Below, piece by piece: positions 36,206 to 49,861 of a stretch of DNA of 64,000 nucleotides (positions are counted from its first letter, which is position 1; each line of letters begins with the position of its first letter). The position numbers and the translations under genes were made by a program. The notes under the pieces were generated by a model. The model was not told where the DNA came from and did not search any database. It saw only the letters and a program-made list of their open reading frames with translations. The DNA is from Podarcis cretensis (taxonomy: Eukaryota): the NCBI GenBank assembly GCA_951804945.1, contig OX638151.1:87358001-87422000 (forward strand), in the 5' to 3' direction.

Positions 36206-36854
36206 CTGTGAAATGAGATGTCAAAAAAAAAAAAAAGGAAAAAAGGAAGGAAAGCATGTGATCCAGGAAATATATCACAGAAATTCAAGCAGATGGAAGG
36301 TTTTATGAATGGCTAGTAAATATGGAATTTGAATAAGAGAACTGCCAGCAACAACACTCAACAAATGTATGACTATGAAGGCTTCACCAAGGACAGAAAC
36401 AACAAGATTTAACCTATTTGATATCACTATTTGCAGCACTTTCACACCCACTTGATCCAGAATGAAATTGCTCCTGTGAAATTTTAGAATTCACCCCAAA
36501 GTAATGTTAAATGTGGTAGGAAATGACATTATCTCTAGGTTAAAATGTGACAGGCTGCTTTTGCATCACACTTTCAAGTAACACAGATGGCAAACAATGC
36601 AGTCGATTAAATACTCCATGACAATAAAACTCTATTTTAATTAATCTGAGCTTAAGAATGTGAAAAATATCCCCCTGTTTTAAATAACGTGATAAGATAA
36701 AGGCATCAGACTATAAATTCATTGATATTTCAATTGCTAAACCAATATAAAATTAATGAGTGTTTGAATCAAGCTTTTTTTAGTTTTTTCTCTAGGTTGG
36801 ACATTATGGTGTTCTAGAATACTCTTACCACAACATACAAATTAACTAGCTGTC

Positions 36855-37040
36855 AGATTGTAGCTCAATGGTTTGGTGCAATGCTTTGCAAGCAAAAGGT
36901 CACAGATTCAATACCTAGCATCCTCAGGTAGGACTGGGGAAGTCCCCTAACTGAATTCCTGGAGCACCTCTGCCAATCAGTGTTGACAATGCTGAGCTAG
37001 ATGGACCAATATACCATGTCGGTATAAACCAATTGTTCTC
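36855..37040 (+). mobile_element. tRNA-derived SINE (Squam3-like), decayed
   Basis: TAGCTCAATGG A box, GATTCAATACC B-box remnant. Body similar to 6513-6690. Confidence 0.6.
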
Positions 37041-38162
37041 TGTTGCTTTTCTCATCTGAGATGCCTTTTGTGTTTTCATAGTCACACAACCATCTACCAA
37101 GAAGCTATTTTCAATGTACCAAGTTTTAGGACCACAAATTAATCAATACAATAATGTTTTACCACAGCATTTTAAAAGGCTTCTTGGTATTCTTGTCCAA
37201 GCATGGGATCAGAAACAATGTCTCAGTTTCATGGGCATTATCAAGACAAGCCCAAAGTCATGAATTCTAAAAGCACCTAATGGCTTAGGAAAAGAGGAGG
37301 TATTGAAGAGCTCTTGGTAAATCTCTCTGAAAGTTCTGAAAAATTGACATGAATGAATTCTGGCTTGTAGAATTCAAGGCCTGATTTATGCCAAGGGGAC
37401 AATTGGCAAAACATTCCCGTCTCCTTTATTCTCAAACCAGAGCAATCAAGTCTGCCATCAGTATGACATGGAAAAGAAGAAAAAACGCAGGGTTTGGAAG
37501 TTTGGAACACTTTTAAACAATGATTTGGGCCAAAGACACAGGCCCTGCTTATTTTATGTCCATCAGATCATCTAACTAATTCAGACTGACTATGAAAATC
37601 AAAATAGAGGCCTAAGCTATGGTAACATCTTTACTAAGCAAACACTGACCCATTGTGCCTCAAGAGACTTAAAAAGACCAAACTCTTTATAACTAGTCCT
37701 GTCATGCCTTGGGTTGGTCTTCAGACTCGCTATAGTCCAAGATCTTGCATTTCCTGGGGTTCAGCTTTGGAGCAGCTACACGCTTGTTAGGTTGCCTTAT
37801 CCCTTAGGATGATATCCATTATATAACATGCCGGCTTCCCATCATATAACGTGCTTGACTAGTTAGTGATGGTTCCTTGTCCTCCATCTCAGGTCCATTT
37901 TGTTGTACATTGTCCTAGCCTAGTTCCCTCGTATTGGGTCTGAAATGACTCCTGGAACCTTTTGTTTATTGAACTTTGTTCTACACCCCAGTTACTTTAC
38001 ATTCATGGAGACTTCTTCAAAAGGTCTGATGATGTCTGTCACTTACACTGCCCTCTACGCATTTTCCCGTCTCCCAGAAATAGGTTCTTTTGGCAGTGTT
38101 TACATGACTTCTTGTGCCACATACAGTTTTTAAGACTGCAGTTCATATATAATGACTTTTCA

Positions 38163-38166
<4 letters not shown>

Positions 38167-38195
<29 letters not shown>
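38167..38195. repeat. (TA)n microsatellite
   Basis: Read directly. Confidence 0.9.
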
Positions 38196-38198
<3 letters not shown>

Positions 38199-38380
38199 CT
38201 GCTTCCTTGAACTAAATCTATTATTATACACTAACCCCCCCCCCCAATTTAATATTATTCAAGGGAATGAGAAATAATGCCAAATAAGACTGGCGTGACA
38301 CAGAGCTACGAAGGTATGGCTTATCAAACACTACTTGGTATTTTATGCACAGCGAGTTTCAAGACAACTTAGCAAGATAC

Positions 38381-38458
38381 CTCTGTGTTTCTTCCGGATT
38401 AGCACTTAGGAGGTTTAAGCTGTCTTGTTTTGGAATGCAAGACTCCAGCGCTGTTGTT
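38381..38458 (-). CDS. RIMS1: Candidate RIMS1 cassette exon (R-TTALESCIPKQDSLNLLSANPEETQ), 78 nt, phase 2->2
   Basis: About 100-nt AG-free pyrimidine tract, acceptor gtgaag|A, donor AG|gtatct. Open frame ending in AG like its neighbours. Confidence 0.62.
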
Positions 38459-40526
38459 CTTCACAAGATTTGGAAACATGGAAGTGAAAGTTGAACAGAA
38501 TGGACAGAAACAGATAGAAACAGAGAGATGGTCACATGCAGTGAAGATGGAGACATGCATCAAGATATTTCTATGAACCAAGAACATTCCTCTTGTAGTA
38601 CATCCAAGCAACATTTCTGATCTCTCCTTTTCAGTGTTTCAGAAATAGGAGTGTTGTTGTTGTTTTTTAAAAAAATGTGACATTGCAACAATTGTAACAG
38701 AAAACATTAATAAAGGATAAAGACAGAAATAACAAACAATAGTTCATCTGCAGTGAATAAACTAAAGTTTGGCTTTACTATTTTCATTACTCCTGCTGAT
38801 AACACAACCAAATTTGTCCCCTTGAGGTGAATGTTTGCAAGGTTAGTGTTTGGATTTGTAGAAATAAATATTGGTCAAAATTACCTAAGAATGCCATATA
38901 TAGATATTATTGATTATTGTTTTCAGTAACTGCAGTACTTCGAGAGAGAAAGAATTCCAGTTATCTACTGCAGATCCTGTGCTTTTAGCTTAAGAACCAA
39001 TTTATTATACTGGGTATATAGCAAAATTATTCTGATGCCAGCTTTATTAACTATTTCCCTGTCTTTCTTAAAGAAAACAGCCTTAGGCAACTGTAAATCA
39101 GTGGGACACAATTTTAAAAATGTGAATCTCTAGCTTTTGCCTCCATTTTGCCTCCACATACATATTTATCATTTCTTTGATAAAATTATTTCACGTGCAG
39201 TTACCAATACTAATATTTTTTGGATTAAAATGAATGGGAATGCTGTCAAGATATGGCACACAGCATGGAGGAGGTGTGTGTAGAAAACCTAGCTATTTTA
39301 AATTATGGTTCAGTAACTTAATACATGCACATATACAGAGGACCTGTTACAAGCAATGAAAGAGAAAATGCTTATAATCTAAGAACAACATGACACTAAC
39401 ATTCAAACATTCAAATAAGAAAACCATAACAAAAACAACCACCACCACCAAATATATATCACATTTGGCCAATCAGCATATAAAGAGAAATCCACAAGCA
39501 CTGAAATTGTTTGATGATTGCTATCTTGTAGAGAAAGCCTGCCCTTGGGATTTTTAGTTACGAGATGATGAAATACACCAATTGCACCAAGTAAGTTATA
39601 CTGTCGTGAACTGAACCGCCTGTGCCTTTTCAAAAGCTGCCCATAGGCCATAGTTTAACGGGCTGTTAAGCAAGCAGACAAGATCACTGATTTAAATGAG
39701 CCAAAGGTTGCCTAACCGTATTGGATTGTGGCCTTGAGGCACTCTGAACCCCTCTCACTGCCTGCTGAATTCAATACATGGCAGTGCAATCCTGTGGAAG
39801 TTTGCTCAGTTGGCAAGTCCCATTGTTGTTCAGTGGGGCTTACTCACTAGTAAGCTGTGTTAAGGACTGCAGCTCAAGATGATTATAAAGCACCAATTTA
39901 AAATTCAAAATATGGCTGCCCACTTGCTGTTGAGAGATGAGAGACACTGTGTGGAAGGTTCTCTGCTATTGAGACTACCAGGGGCTAAAGAGAAATAAGT
40001 GATGATTTGTTACACAGCATGAAAACCCAAACAACTCATCTCAACTCCAGTATCTACTGGGGTACTGTAAGATTTATTGCTGCTTATTATCACCAGAACA
40101 ATTCTGGTTCCTTCCTTCATATATGTACTTCACCTTCTTGATGGAAACCCTGTATCTGGGATTCCAAAATAGGCTGGCTCGAAACAGAAGGCTTCATGGT
40201 TTTGGATCTCTGTGTCCTGATGACACAGAGGAGGGGCACCTGTATGAATCATGGATATCCTCTTCCAATCCCCGACTCCATAAGCAGCCCACCACACTGG
40301 GCAAGGCTAATTTGTCAACCAGGCAGCACATTTTTCAGCATTTGACTGCAAGGACATCAGAGGTGCTTTGTAATAACGTGAGTAGAATTCAGGTATGAAA
40401 TGCTTTCTAGTGTCCTATCCTAGATTCCTGGAAAATGTAATTTTTTTTAAAAAAAATACATGCCTTTAGAAACTTCTTGGCAAGATTCATCAAGTCACTT
40501 TTCACTTAGGAGGGGCTGGCTAGTAC

Positions 40527-40610
40527 CTGTCATCCTCCGGAGATGCATGTTGGATTTGAATCCGGGGACTAGTGGGTCGGCTCCTATCTAGGGAGGGGGA
40601 CCATCTACCT
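40527..40610 (-). CDS. RIMS1: RIMS1 cassette exon (R-GRWSPSLDRSRPTSPRIQIQHASPEDD), 84 nt, phase 2->2
   Basis: Acceptor aaacag|A, donor AG|gtacta. Matches recalled GRWSPSLDRRRPPSPRIQIQHASPEND. Confidence 0.93.
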
Positions 40611-43357
40611 CTGTTTGTTCATCCAACAAAATAGGGAGAAAACAGAACATTTAGTGTATAATATTTTTTTAAAAAAGCTTTTTTTGTGGCAAGGAAACTG
40701 AAAAGTACCCCAAAAAGTCAGCGTTTACTTTTTATTTATTTCGAGTAAGAAAAAGCGCCATCGTTATTTAGCTTGAATTTAGAGCCCCATTTCAGACACA
40801 TTTGCATAGCTGTACTATTGTGCTTTACACAGTACTGCAGTACTATGACTTTTTTTTTAAAAAAAAATTATCAGTAAAATAATGATATCATAGAGGTAAC
40901 TGATGGCAGGAATTGTATCTTATGTATTTCATATATCAGTGCCTTTTAAGACCCAGTATGCATTCTTAATGAAGTTTTAACTGGTACCAGATTAAATGCG
41001 AAATAAGGGTTTTTTGTTTATTCAATCAAATGAAAAATATTGAATGACCTCTGAGCATGGATGGAATTTAAGCACCATGTTACACTGCTAGATACAAAAT
41101 ATGTCTTTGAAATTGTCTATTTCCACCACAGCCCATGGTGTACAAAGATATGCATTCCTCTAGACCAGGGGAACCTCTGTGGTGCACTCCAGTTGCTGTT
41201 AGACTCCAACTCCCATCATCCCTGAGCACTGGCCATGCTGGCTGGGGTTGATGGGAGTTGTAGTCCAACACCTAAAAGGCACCACATTGGGTATCCATGA
41301 TCTAGAAAGTCTCATCTACTGTGACTGGCAGCAGAGTCAGTCCCAGCACAACACCCCCCTTTCCCCCTTCCATAGATATATCTATATTACCATGCTCTGT
41401 AATCCTTGTGTTGTTTTAGCCACAGAACCTGCTTTCCTACTTCTGGCATCTATAATTACATGTTTATTTTTCTTAGTTTATTACTTTTCACAAAAAAGAA
41501 AACAAGGGATCTAGGCTTCAATCCTATACACACTTACACACTTACCACTCAATTCAGTGGAGCTTAATTTTTTTGTTTGTTTGTAGGCATGCATAGGATT
41601 GCCTTTTAAAAGAAGCTGATATACATAAGTTACATTAATCAGAGTGTCTCTGGAACTGGCAATAGGGAACTGGGAACTCTCTCCACCTTATCGATAAGTA
41701 CAGTTGTATTAAGAATTAAAAAGGCTGATGTAGCAACTGCACAAACTGACAGAGCAATGTACTGAGTGCCTCCTCCACACACATAGGTTGCCTGGAGAAA
41801 GCATGGTGTTGGGTGCAGAAACTGAATTCTTGCCACTGTGGAGATGGCTGAACTTCTGATCCTCTCCTCTAGTTCCTATGATAATCAGGTTCATGGTGGG
41901 CCAGCATTTGTGGGTTGGTAGTGGTGCTCCAATGGCCAGCTTACGTTCATGCAGAATGAATCACATCACCCGTGCACCATACGTAAGAAGCTGCCATGGG
42001 CTGGGGATAACAACAAAGCCCAAATGTCAGGAACTTGGTGGTTGTGTGAGTCACCCATCTATCCCAATCCAGTACTTCATTTTGCACATATTGCCAGTCA
42101 GTGTCATGCAAAGCAACCAGCAGTCTGGGTGGACTGGACCCTGAATCATTTCTCAAAGCATGCAGCATTTTCAACAGATTCCTGGCAAATATTGCAAACT
42201 TCCATATTGGTCCCCCGGCTATGACTTAATCTTTCTCCCAGGACAATGGCTTTCACTTAATCATTCAGTTTTTTTCATTGTATGCAATTCAGTGAAATGT
42301 TCGCGAACGAATGCCATGTACTCTTTCAACAACTCTGTGTTGCGGGCTTGGCTGAGACAGCAGCTTGTTCCAAGGCCTCTCAGCAAGGACATATTTAGGG
42401 ACTCCAATCCAAAACACATTTACTAGGGAGCAAGCCCCACTGAGCACTGTGGGATTTGCTTCTAAGTAAACATGCTCATAATAGCACTGTGCACGTCCTT
42501 CATTCAAGCCCAATGCTCTGCTCCCTACCTCATTATTCCTGCTTATTTATTTATTTTTGTTATTATTATTATATTTCTTCATATAGACGTATTGATAAAT
42601 ACACAGGAGTGTGTTTATGAAGTGTATTAGAAAGTTCATGAAAACTAATTTTCCATTTAGAAGAGGATGCGTGGAGAGACGCTAGCAATCCTGATTTTCA
42701 ACGAGATATAGAATCATTATTAAAAAGGCAAAATGCATGTTCTGTTAGCAGTGTAACATTTAAAGCACCAGTTTCAGTTGTACTTTTTGAGGTACTTTTC
42801 TGTTCATTAAACATTGGGAGCAAGCAAACTACAAGGACTTCAGGGGGGTTTAGCATTGCAGATTAGTACAGTCTTTTAGGTATTTAGAGGTTTAGAAGGC
42901 TGTTAGTACGCAGCAGCTTTCCCCCCTCTATGCCAAGTGCTAAAGGAAAAAAATATAAAGGTACCAGTGCACTCAAAGCCCTTAATATGCTGATATTCTA
43001 TAGAAACATTTAAAATAATAGAAATAGAAATGTAATCAACTGCAAACATGCATTACGAAATTTGGAAAAAAAATTCACACAATATGTTTTAATGATGTGA
43101 AACGTACTGTACACACTAATGTGGAATAGCATGCAGCAATAGTTTTTGAGAGTTGAAAAGAATGGTCAAAACATAAGAAATCATAGCAGAGCGTGCAACT
43201 AGTAGATGCACCTGCTATACTCTAAGGAAACTGCATCCAATACATTCACAGAGTATCCAACATACCATGCAGTATTGACAGAATTGGAAACTAAGTTCTG
43301 GTTATGTTGAAGAGCTCTAAAAAGTTTGAGCAGGAAGCAACTTCCAGTAACTCCCAT

Positions 43358-43424
43358 TAATATTATTTATATGCCTAGGTTTCCCCAGCCACTCTGGGCA
43401 GCTTCCAACAAATTAAAACATCAA
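43358..43424 (-). mobile_element. L2 3' end fragment, reverse orientation
   Basis: GGTTTCCCCAGCCACTCTGGGCAGCTTCCAAC is the reverse complement of the L2 tail at 5800-5840. Confidence 0.7.
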
Positions 43425-46400
43425 CCACAGTAAAACAAAATTAGATGGCAAAGACATCTAATTTGCACTGAACACTGAGGATCAGGAAGAAAAGCTTTTG
43501 GCTTCCTTATAAACTCAAAAGATAATGGGTGTTATTTGACCAAGTTTTACACAGTGTAAACCCATTGAAATTAAGAGACATAATATAGTCGATGGCTCTA
43601 CTGTAAGTAAAACTTAGCTAAACACCACTCCAAGAAAATAGAGACTGGGGGAAGGCACACCAAAGCATGCTTTTGCACAAAGCACAGTTCACTTGGGATG
43701 TGGGGATTTCCTGACGATTGGTCAGACATGTATTGGGGATGACACAGCTCATGCCCCACTCTTAAAGCTTAGTTTCGCTGGGGTTTCCCACAATCCTGTA
43801 AGTCCTAACAATGTTTACTTAGCTCTGTCTGAACTGTGATTAGTATCCAGCACTAGAACAAAAATCTAGATAACATTTTGAGGGGCAGCTAATAATGATA
43901 AGGCAAACATTACAAATCAACAGAGTACTCTTAAAATCAATCCAGCATTCTCCAATAATCCTTGCTCTTGCTGACCCCATTTCAAATGTGGCTCACCCAC
44001 CACTGGTTCAGGATGTGGTGGCTTTCCTTCTGACAGGGTGGGAAGAAGCTGAGAGTAAGTACATCTTCAGCATCTGTCTTGGCTTCCTATATTGTTTTTG
44101 GAAACACATTCATCTTGCTCCCTATATAACCATCGTGCTGCAAATCTTCACGTCCAAGTTTTACTATCACGTGGAATGAATACAACACCATCTGGATTTC
44201 CATGCCTACTCCTACAACAACAGCAATACATCCATTTGCTCTTTCTTTGTAGTAAAGACGTCAATTCAGTATGTTCAGCCAAGTGCTGACTGCCATCTGC
44301 ATTGACCCATTGCCATATAGGGTAATAGACAGAGGTCTATAGTGCTGCCTTTAATAGAAACAGGAGCCTGACTGCCAGTGTCACCAATCCATGTGAGCAT
44401 ATAAGAACACAGCTTTGCTAAATTTAAGCTGTGCAGTTACCGTGCTACATACAAACTAGTGAAACTGCAAGGTTTGGTTTATATAATGTATAAAACTGAT
44501 ACAATGCTTTGCAGCCAGGATAAAGCAACTCGGCTAACACCGCAGAATGTCTTTGATCTATTATAATAGCCTGCTCAGCTTGCACCATTTGCTCCAACAT
44601 ATGATGGGATGGCTAGAAGAATGAATGAATGGATGGGAGTGTTGTGTGACAGCTTCTTCACCAAACTGCCACACTTATGATACATGTCTGAACTGGACCT
44701 AGGAATCAGGTGGGAATCCAGATCAGGAATTCCATAATTTTACAGTCACATTCAAAAACCTAAATAGTGAGGATATACCCATTAGGGATGCAGTAACCAA
44801 CATGTTGCCCTCAAGATGTTTGGCTTCTGCTGACAGGACTTTGTTAAATCCTGCCCACTATACCCTGCCTTTGTTCCCTCCAAAGGCTTCCAATGCCTGG
44901 AACAGGGCATTCAGGTATTGTAGCCTTATTTAGAGTAAGGGCATGTTTTCTCACATTTGCCAGTTGAGGTACATACTGAGTCTACTCTTCCACATGTCAC
45001 CAGTGCAGGCTACCGCTATATATAAAGAATTCTCTTTCTCCTTTTTCGGTGTGTGAAATGAAGAGGCACCCAAAGCAGAACAAGAGTAGCAGGAAACCCT
45101 AATTCCCAACTTAACAGGGGGATCCTTTGTTGCCTTCAAAAAATTGGTATGAGATGAACAATCGGGGCAAGGTTTATAGGTTCTCCCTTTTCCTGAGTTT
45201 AGTTCTTACATTGGTCACCAGGAAAAAAATGGGGGTTGTGAGAGGGGATCCTTATGCAGTGGCTTTGTAGCTGAAATGTGAATCAGTTCAAGTGGGATAA
45301 TGTTTGCAACTTATACCCCCAAACCAGTAGTGTAGCTTTCTTTTCCCCCCTGCTGCTGTCATAAAAAGCAGTGAGATCTGGGAACAGAATGGCAGGAAGC
45401 AAAAATTAGTTAGGTCAGATCACCCCTGCTCCAAACCACTACAGCACACTAGCTCTCATCCATGGACACAAATCAACATGAGAAGTTTACTGAATCTTCA
45501 AAAATGCTTTTTGCGAGTGTGCACACACATGAAATAAAATGGTATTTTCCAGGTCTTGGCATAAATGTGGGTGGCTTGCCAGTGTTTGATCATCAGTACT
45601 CTCTTGTTGCTCTTGTTTTTAAGCACCTATTGAATTCTTGCCAGTGGCTCTGGTAGATGCTGACACTGCAAAAAAACAGATCTTCAAAGAGCAAAGGCTG
45701 GCTGAATGCCACTTTTCATTATTCACTTGCACAAGCATCTTACTGCCTTCCCAGTTTCAGCATACCCCTGGCAAGCAAAAACAGCATCTTTGCTTGCTCT
45801 CAATAAATCTAGGTGCTGGGGTTTTTAATTTTACTGGTGTCCTTATTCTATGGCTAGGAAAAAGAAAAGATTGCATTCATATTCAAACTCTTCCTCTAAT
45901 GAACCCAAAAGCGGCTTACAGATGGTTCCCAGGAAGTATCTCATCTAGGCAGGAACCACTTCAGGTGCCTTCAGACCATTCTTTAATCACATGCGTGTTG
46001 GCCTATTGAGAATTCCATGACAACACCTGCTTTCTTCTACATTCAGTGTTTGCAGGACAAATAACTCAAGGCACACTATATATATCTATATCTGGTTATG
46101 AAGAAATACTGTTGAATTCAAACACTTCCATACAGAGCCACAATCACATCTGACAATGATTCTGACCAATAGTGTTTGATTACAAAAAGTATCTTTAAAC
46201 TGTTTTTGGGGGTGGGGAATGTTTTCAAACATTTCAAACTCAGCTCTATTTTTTTTTAAGGAACGTGAAACACAATGAATCCAACCCCACAGTGTTTGAA
46301 CCCAGCAATTGGAGTGGCACATGGGTAGAAAGGAAACGAAAAGCGTGCCAATCAGCTGTTGGGGTGCGATTCTGCTACCCACACTCACCCTCCTGAATCA

Positions 46401-46932
46401 GCAAGATTCCAGCCTCCTTTAAAGGGAAAATTTGCTGAATAAGAAGGAATTGCAAGTGAAATGTTACATCTGGTATGGTTCATGGATGTTGATAACCAAG
46501 TGAAAACAACAGAGTTTTGCAGCTCCTTGAAGATGAACAAATTTATTGTGACAAAAGCTCCCATGTGATAGAGCCCACATGTTCAGATGAAGAAACAATA
46601 CAAGTGGTGCTCAGTTAAACTACGTATCTCAATTAACACTGAAATGTTGTTATCAGCATACTGAGGACTTCTGCAAACAATGGCATTAGCTTGGACTTTA
46701 AAGTGAGACAGAGAAAGAGAGACAGACAGAGAACCAAAGAAGCCAAAAGCTGCTATAAGCAACATCAACCTACAATAAGCATGGATATTGGAGCAAAGGT
46801 GTCTACAGATATCAAAGCAGATATGAATAATAACAGGTGGATATGAATAGAAAACTGATATGGGGAAAAATAACAAACTGATAAGGACCACCAGCACAAA
46901 TGACAAGAAATTGAGAAGTCTTTATTTTATAC

Positions 46933-47022
46933 CTTTCTTGTTCTGGTGAGTGCAAACTAGTATCAGGCCTCAAGCAGTTGGTACTAGCACTCCTAGCCCT
47001 GTCAAGCGAGGGCTGCAGTTCA
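46933..47022 (-). CDS. RIMS1: RIMS1 cassette exon (S-ELQPSLDRARSASTNCLRPDTSLHSPEQE), 90 nt, phase 2->2
   Basis: Inside ORF 46812..47069. Acceptor cactag|T, donor AG|gtataa. Confidence 0.94.
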
Positions 47023-47549
47023 CTAGTGCCAGTGCATTGCATCCAATGGAAGGAGGAGGAGAAAAACAAAAAGAAAACAAAGAAAGGAATACAATGTTAG
47101 ATATCAAATCATAAAGTAATGTTCTATTTACATAAGATGTCAACTAACAATGGTCCAATAAAGATACAATGGAACTGGTTGGATGAAAAAGAGAGAGAGA
47201 GAGTGCTGAGATTTGCTTTAAAATAAAATTAAAAAGATAATGCCTGAATTTGGTTGCATAAAAGAACAAAGGAATCAAAGGTGGCTATTAAGAGATTCCA
47301 TGAAGTCAACTCAAGATAGATTAAATAGGCAAGACTGCACCTCAGCAGTGGAAAAACGAGACTTGCCAAATATCAACCAATGGGAAAAACGGGAAGGAAA
47401 CACTGAAAAATTATCTCTGTAACTTATTTCATCTTAAAAGTTCTATAACACAAAATGATGGAGCACAGTTGTCTCGAACTTCACAATGAGGTTGATCTAC
47501 TGGACTAAACTAACAGGAATAGGAAAGGATACTTTGACTGAGACCTTAC

Positions 47550-47663
47550 CTAACCAATAGACCATCAGTAAATCTTGGTATTCGTGAGTTAAGGCAATTA
47601 CGAAGAAGTGAAATATCCTGACTAAGCACTGATTTGGCCTTAACACATGCAGGCAGGGTTGAG
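47550..47663 (-). CDS. RIMS1: RIMS1 cassette exon (S-STLPACVKAKSVLSQDISLLRNCLNSRIPRFTDGLLV), 114 nt, phase 2->2
   Basis: Acceptor tttgtgaag|C, donor AG|gtaagg. Similar to recalled human SILPAHTKTKSVTRQDISLHHECFNSTVLRFTDEILV. Confidence 0.88.
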
Positions 47664-48112
47664 CTTCACAAAGTAAACATAATTCATAAAAGAGAAAAAA
47701 AAAAGTAAGTTTCACACAGGATGCAAACCACACGTTTAAAAAAGAAATAAAATATGTAGTGAATTTAAATAAAAATACTGATTTTTTAAGTGGGGTTTAA
47801 GCAGCAGGGATTTGGGAGATAAGGATGTAGCAACTATTGTGTTCAGTGGGGGTGTGAACATGTTTAGGTCTGCAACTTTAGCCTCCTTTCATTTCTTAGA
47901 TAAATTGGGAACATTTGCTTTGCACCAGATATTATGATGATAATGCGATCAAGCTGCATTTTCGGTGTTTTGGTTGGGAGAGGTTTATTTTATAATACAG
48001 TATATGCTTATAAATGATTCTTAGTAAGAAGCAGATCCAATATTTTTCTTGAATGCATATTTTCAGAAATGTATGTGAGAACTTTAATGGGAACTTTTAA
48101 CAGATTTCTTAC

Positions 48113-48190
48113 CTGTAAATATTCCAGTAAGTGCCATTCTCTAATAAAGGCATCTTGGGAGGTAGTGTTTTATAATGCCTAACAGAATTT
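48113..48190 (-). CDS. RIMS1: RIMS1 cassette exon (R-NSVRHYKTLPPKMPLLENGTYWNIY), 78 nt, phase 2->2
   Basis: Acceptor ctttcacactcaag|A, donor AG|gtaaga. Similar to recalled human HLVRHYKTLPPKMPLLQSSSHWNIY. Confidence 0.9.
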
Positions 48191-49861
48191 CTTGAGTGTG
48201 AAAGAAAAGAAAAGAAATGGAGAGTATCCATGCAAGAAACAAAACAAATAAATAACTAAATAAATAAATAAATGCAAATACAGATGAAGCAGTACTTAAT
48301 GAAAGGTAAAAATAGTAACAATTCTTATGCAGTATTTGCTGTGTGGTTAACAATTGCCACTACTATTAAGGATAATTTTAGTAATGTTATAATGTTAAGA
48401 ATCTATGTAAGGTGTGCTGAAACAAGAGGTTGTAAAGCAGCAGTCTACAGACAACCGAACTCTACAACTTCTTCAGGAGGGTCTTTTCTCTCTCTCTCTC
48501 TCATTACCAGAACATTCTTGTACTAGTATAACACTAAAGCTAGTATCACCTATTTTGTGAACGATCTAGTGCTGGTCGTACCATTAGGCAGAATGAGGCA
48601 GCTCAGGCAGCTGATTCTGTACGTCACAAAAGGATAGCAAATTGTTAAGGAATTTAGCATTGTATTTTTACTCCCAGGGAGAAGTGCTTGCGGGATTTTA
48701 TGTGTCTGGTGCCAAAATAACTGGAACAGCCTTCGGTACTATGCTTGCTCCTTTACTTCTGAGGAGGCGGGGAAGGTAACTTGTGGTCCCTCTCAGGCAG
48801 CACTTTGGTAAGGATTTAAGGAGCCACTTTAAGCATGGCTAGCAAAGGGAGATTTTTAACTTTCTTTTCTTTGAAAAGCAGAGTCCTATGCTATATCACA
48901 AACTACTTTTGGAAGTATGTGCTGGCTAATAATGGAATATCTTATGGACGGTGCTTTAACGTTTAACAGATTTCATCACAGCTTAAAGTGTGTTGGAAGC
49001 TAGGTGCTATAGTCTATAGCCCTGTGTGGACTCATACTGTGTTTCTGCAATAGCAGCCTCCCCAGACCACTTTCACAGACAGAGAAGCGTCATGTATATT
49101 TGCTTGTTCCCTTTGCTAAAATGAGAGGGGAGGCCCTTGAAGGAGTTCTGTATATGTATTGCCATGCCCTCAAAGACTCTTAGCAAGTGAGGGTGTTTAA
49201 TTATAAGTACTTAATGCGATCAGTATGCGAAAGACACAAAACCAATTATGAAAACACAAATGTTTAGAAAGGAAAAATTAATAAACATAATACCACTGCC
49301 ATACATTGGAAGACCTTTTGCAACATTTCTTGAATAATTCCATTCAATGGATGGTATCCAACTGATGTCCCATCACTGATGGAAGGCCTACATCAGTGTA
49401 ATGAGGACAGATGCAATTTTTGGTGATTCCTCCACCTCTCTGCACCCCACAAAATCCAGAATGCATTCCCACCCTCCCTTTTCTGTCTTCATCAGCAGAG
49501 GGACACCAGTTGGTGTGTATGAATGTTCAACTTCTAAACATTAAACTTCTCAGTAACTTAATCTCTATGATCCAGACACTGCAGGGCATATGAATATATA
49601 AAATATGTATAAAAAGCCACAGGTCTGGGTACATTGGGCTCACTATAATCCTATCCACTGAAAGATAGGATAAACATATATCAACAAATGTTTAAAAATA
49701 AGCAAGCTGCTAGACCATAGCCTTTTACTTCAATACAGTATTGCTAATACAGGAATATTACAGCAGAGGACTAACAGAAACAAAAGTGACTTGTAAAAGA
49801 AAAGAAAACACACACACACACCAGAACCATCCAAACTTGGTTACCAAATGCCTGTATTTAC

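Noticed and set aside
44441-44464. 15/24-nt in-frame AG...GT segment (similar ones near 48508-48522 and 49284-49304)
   Set aside because: Poor pyrimidine tracts and no supporting motifs. Short symmetric hits like these are expected by chance in 60 kb.
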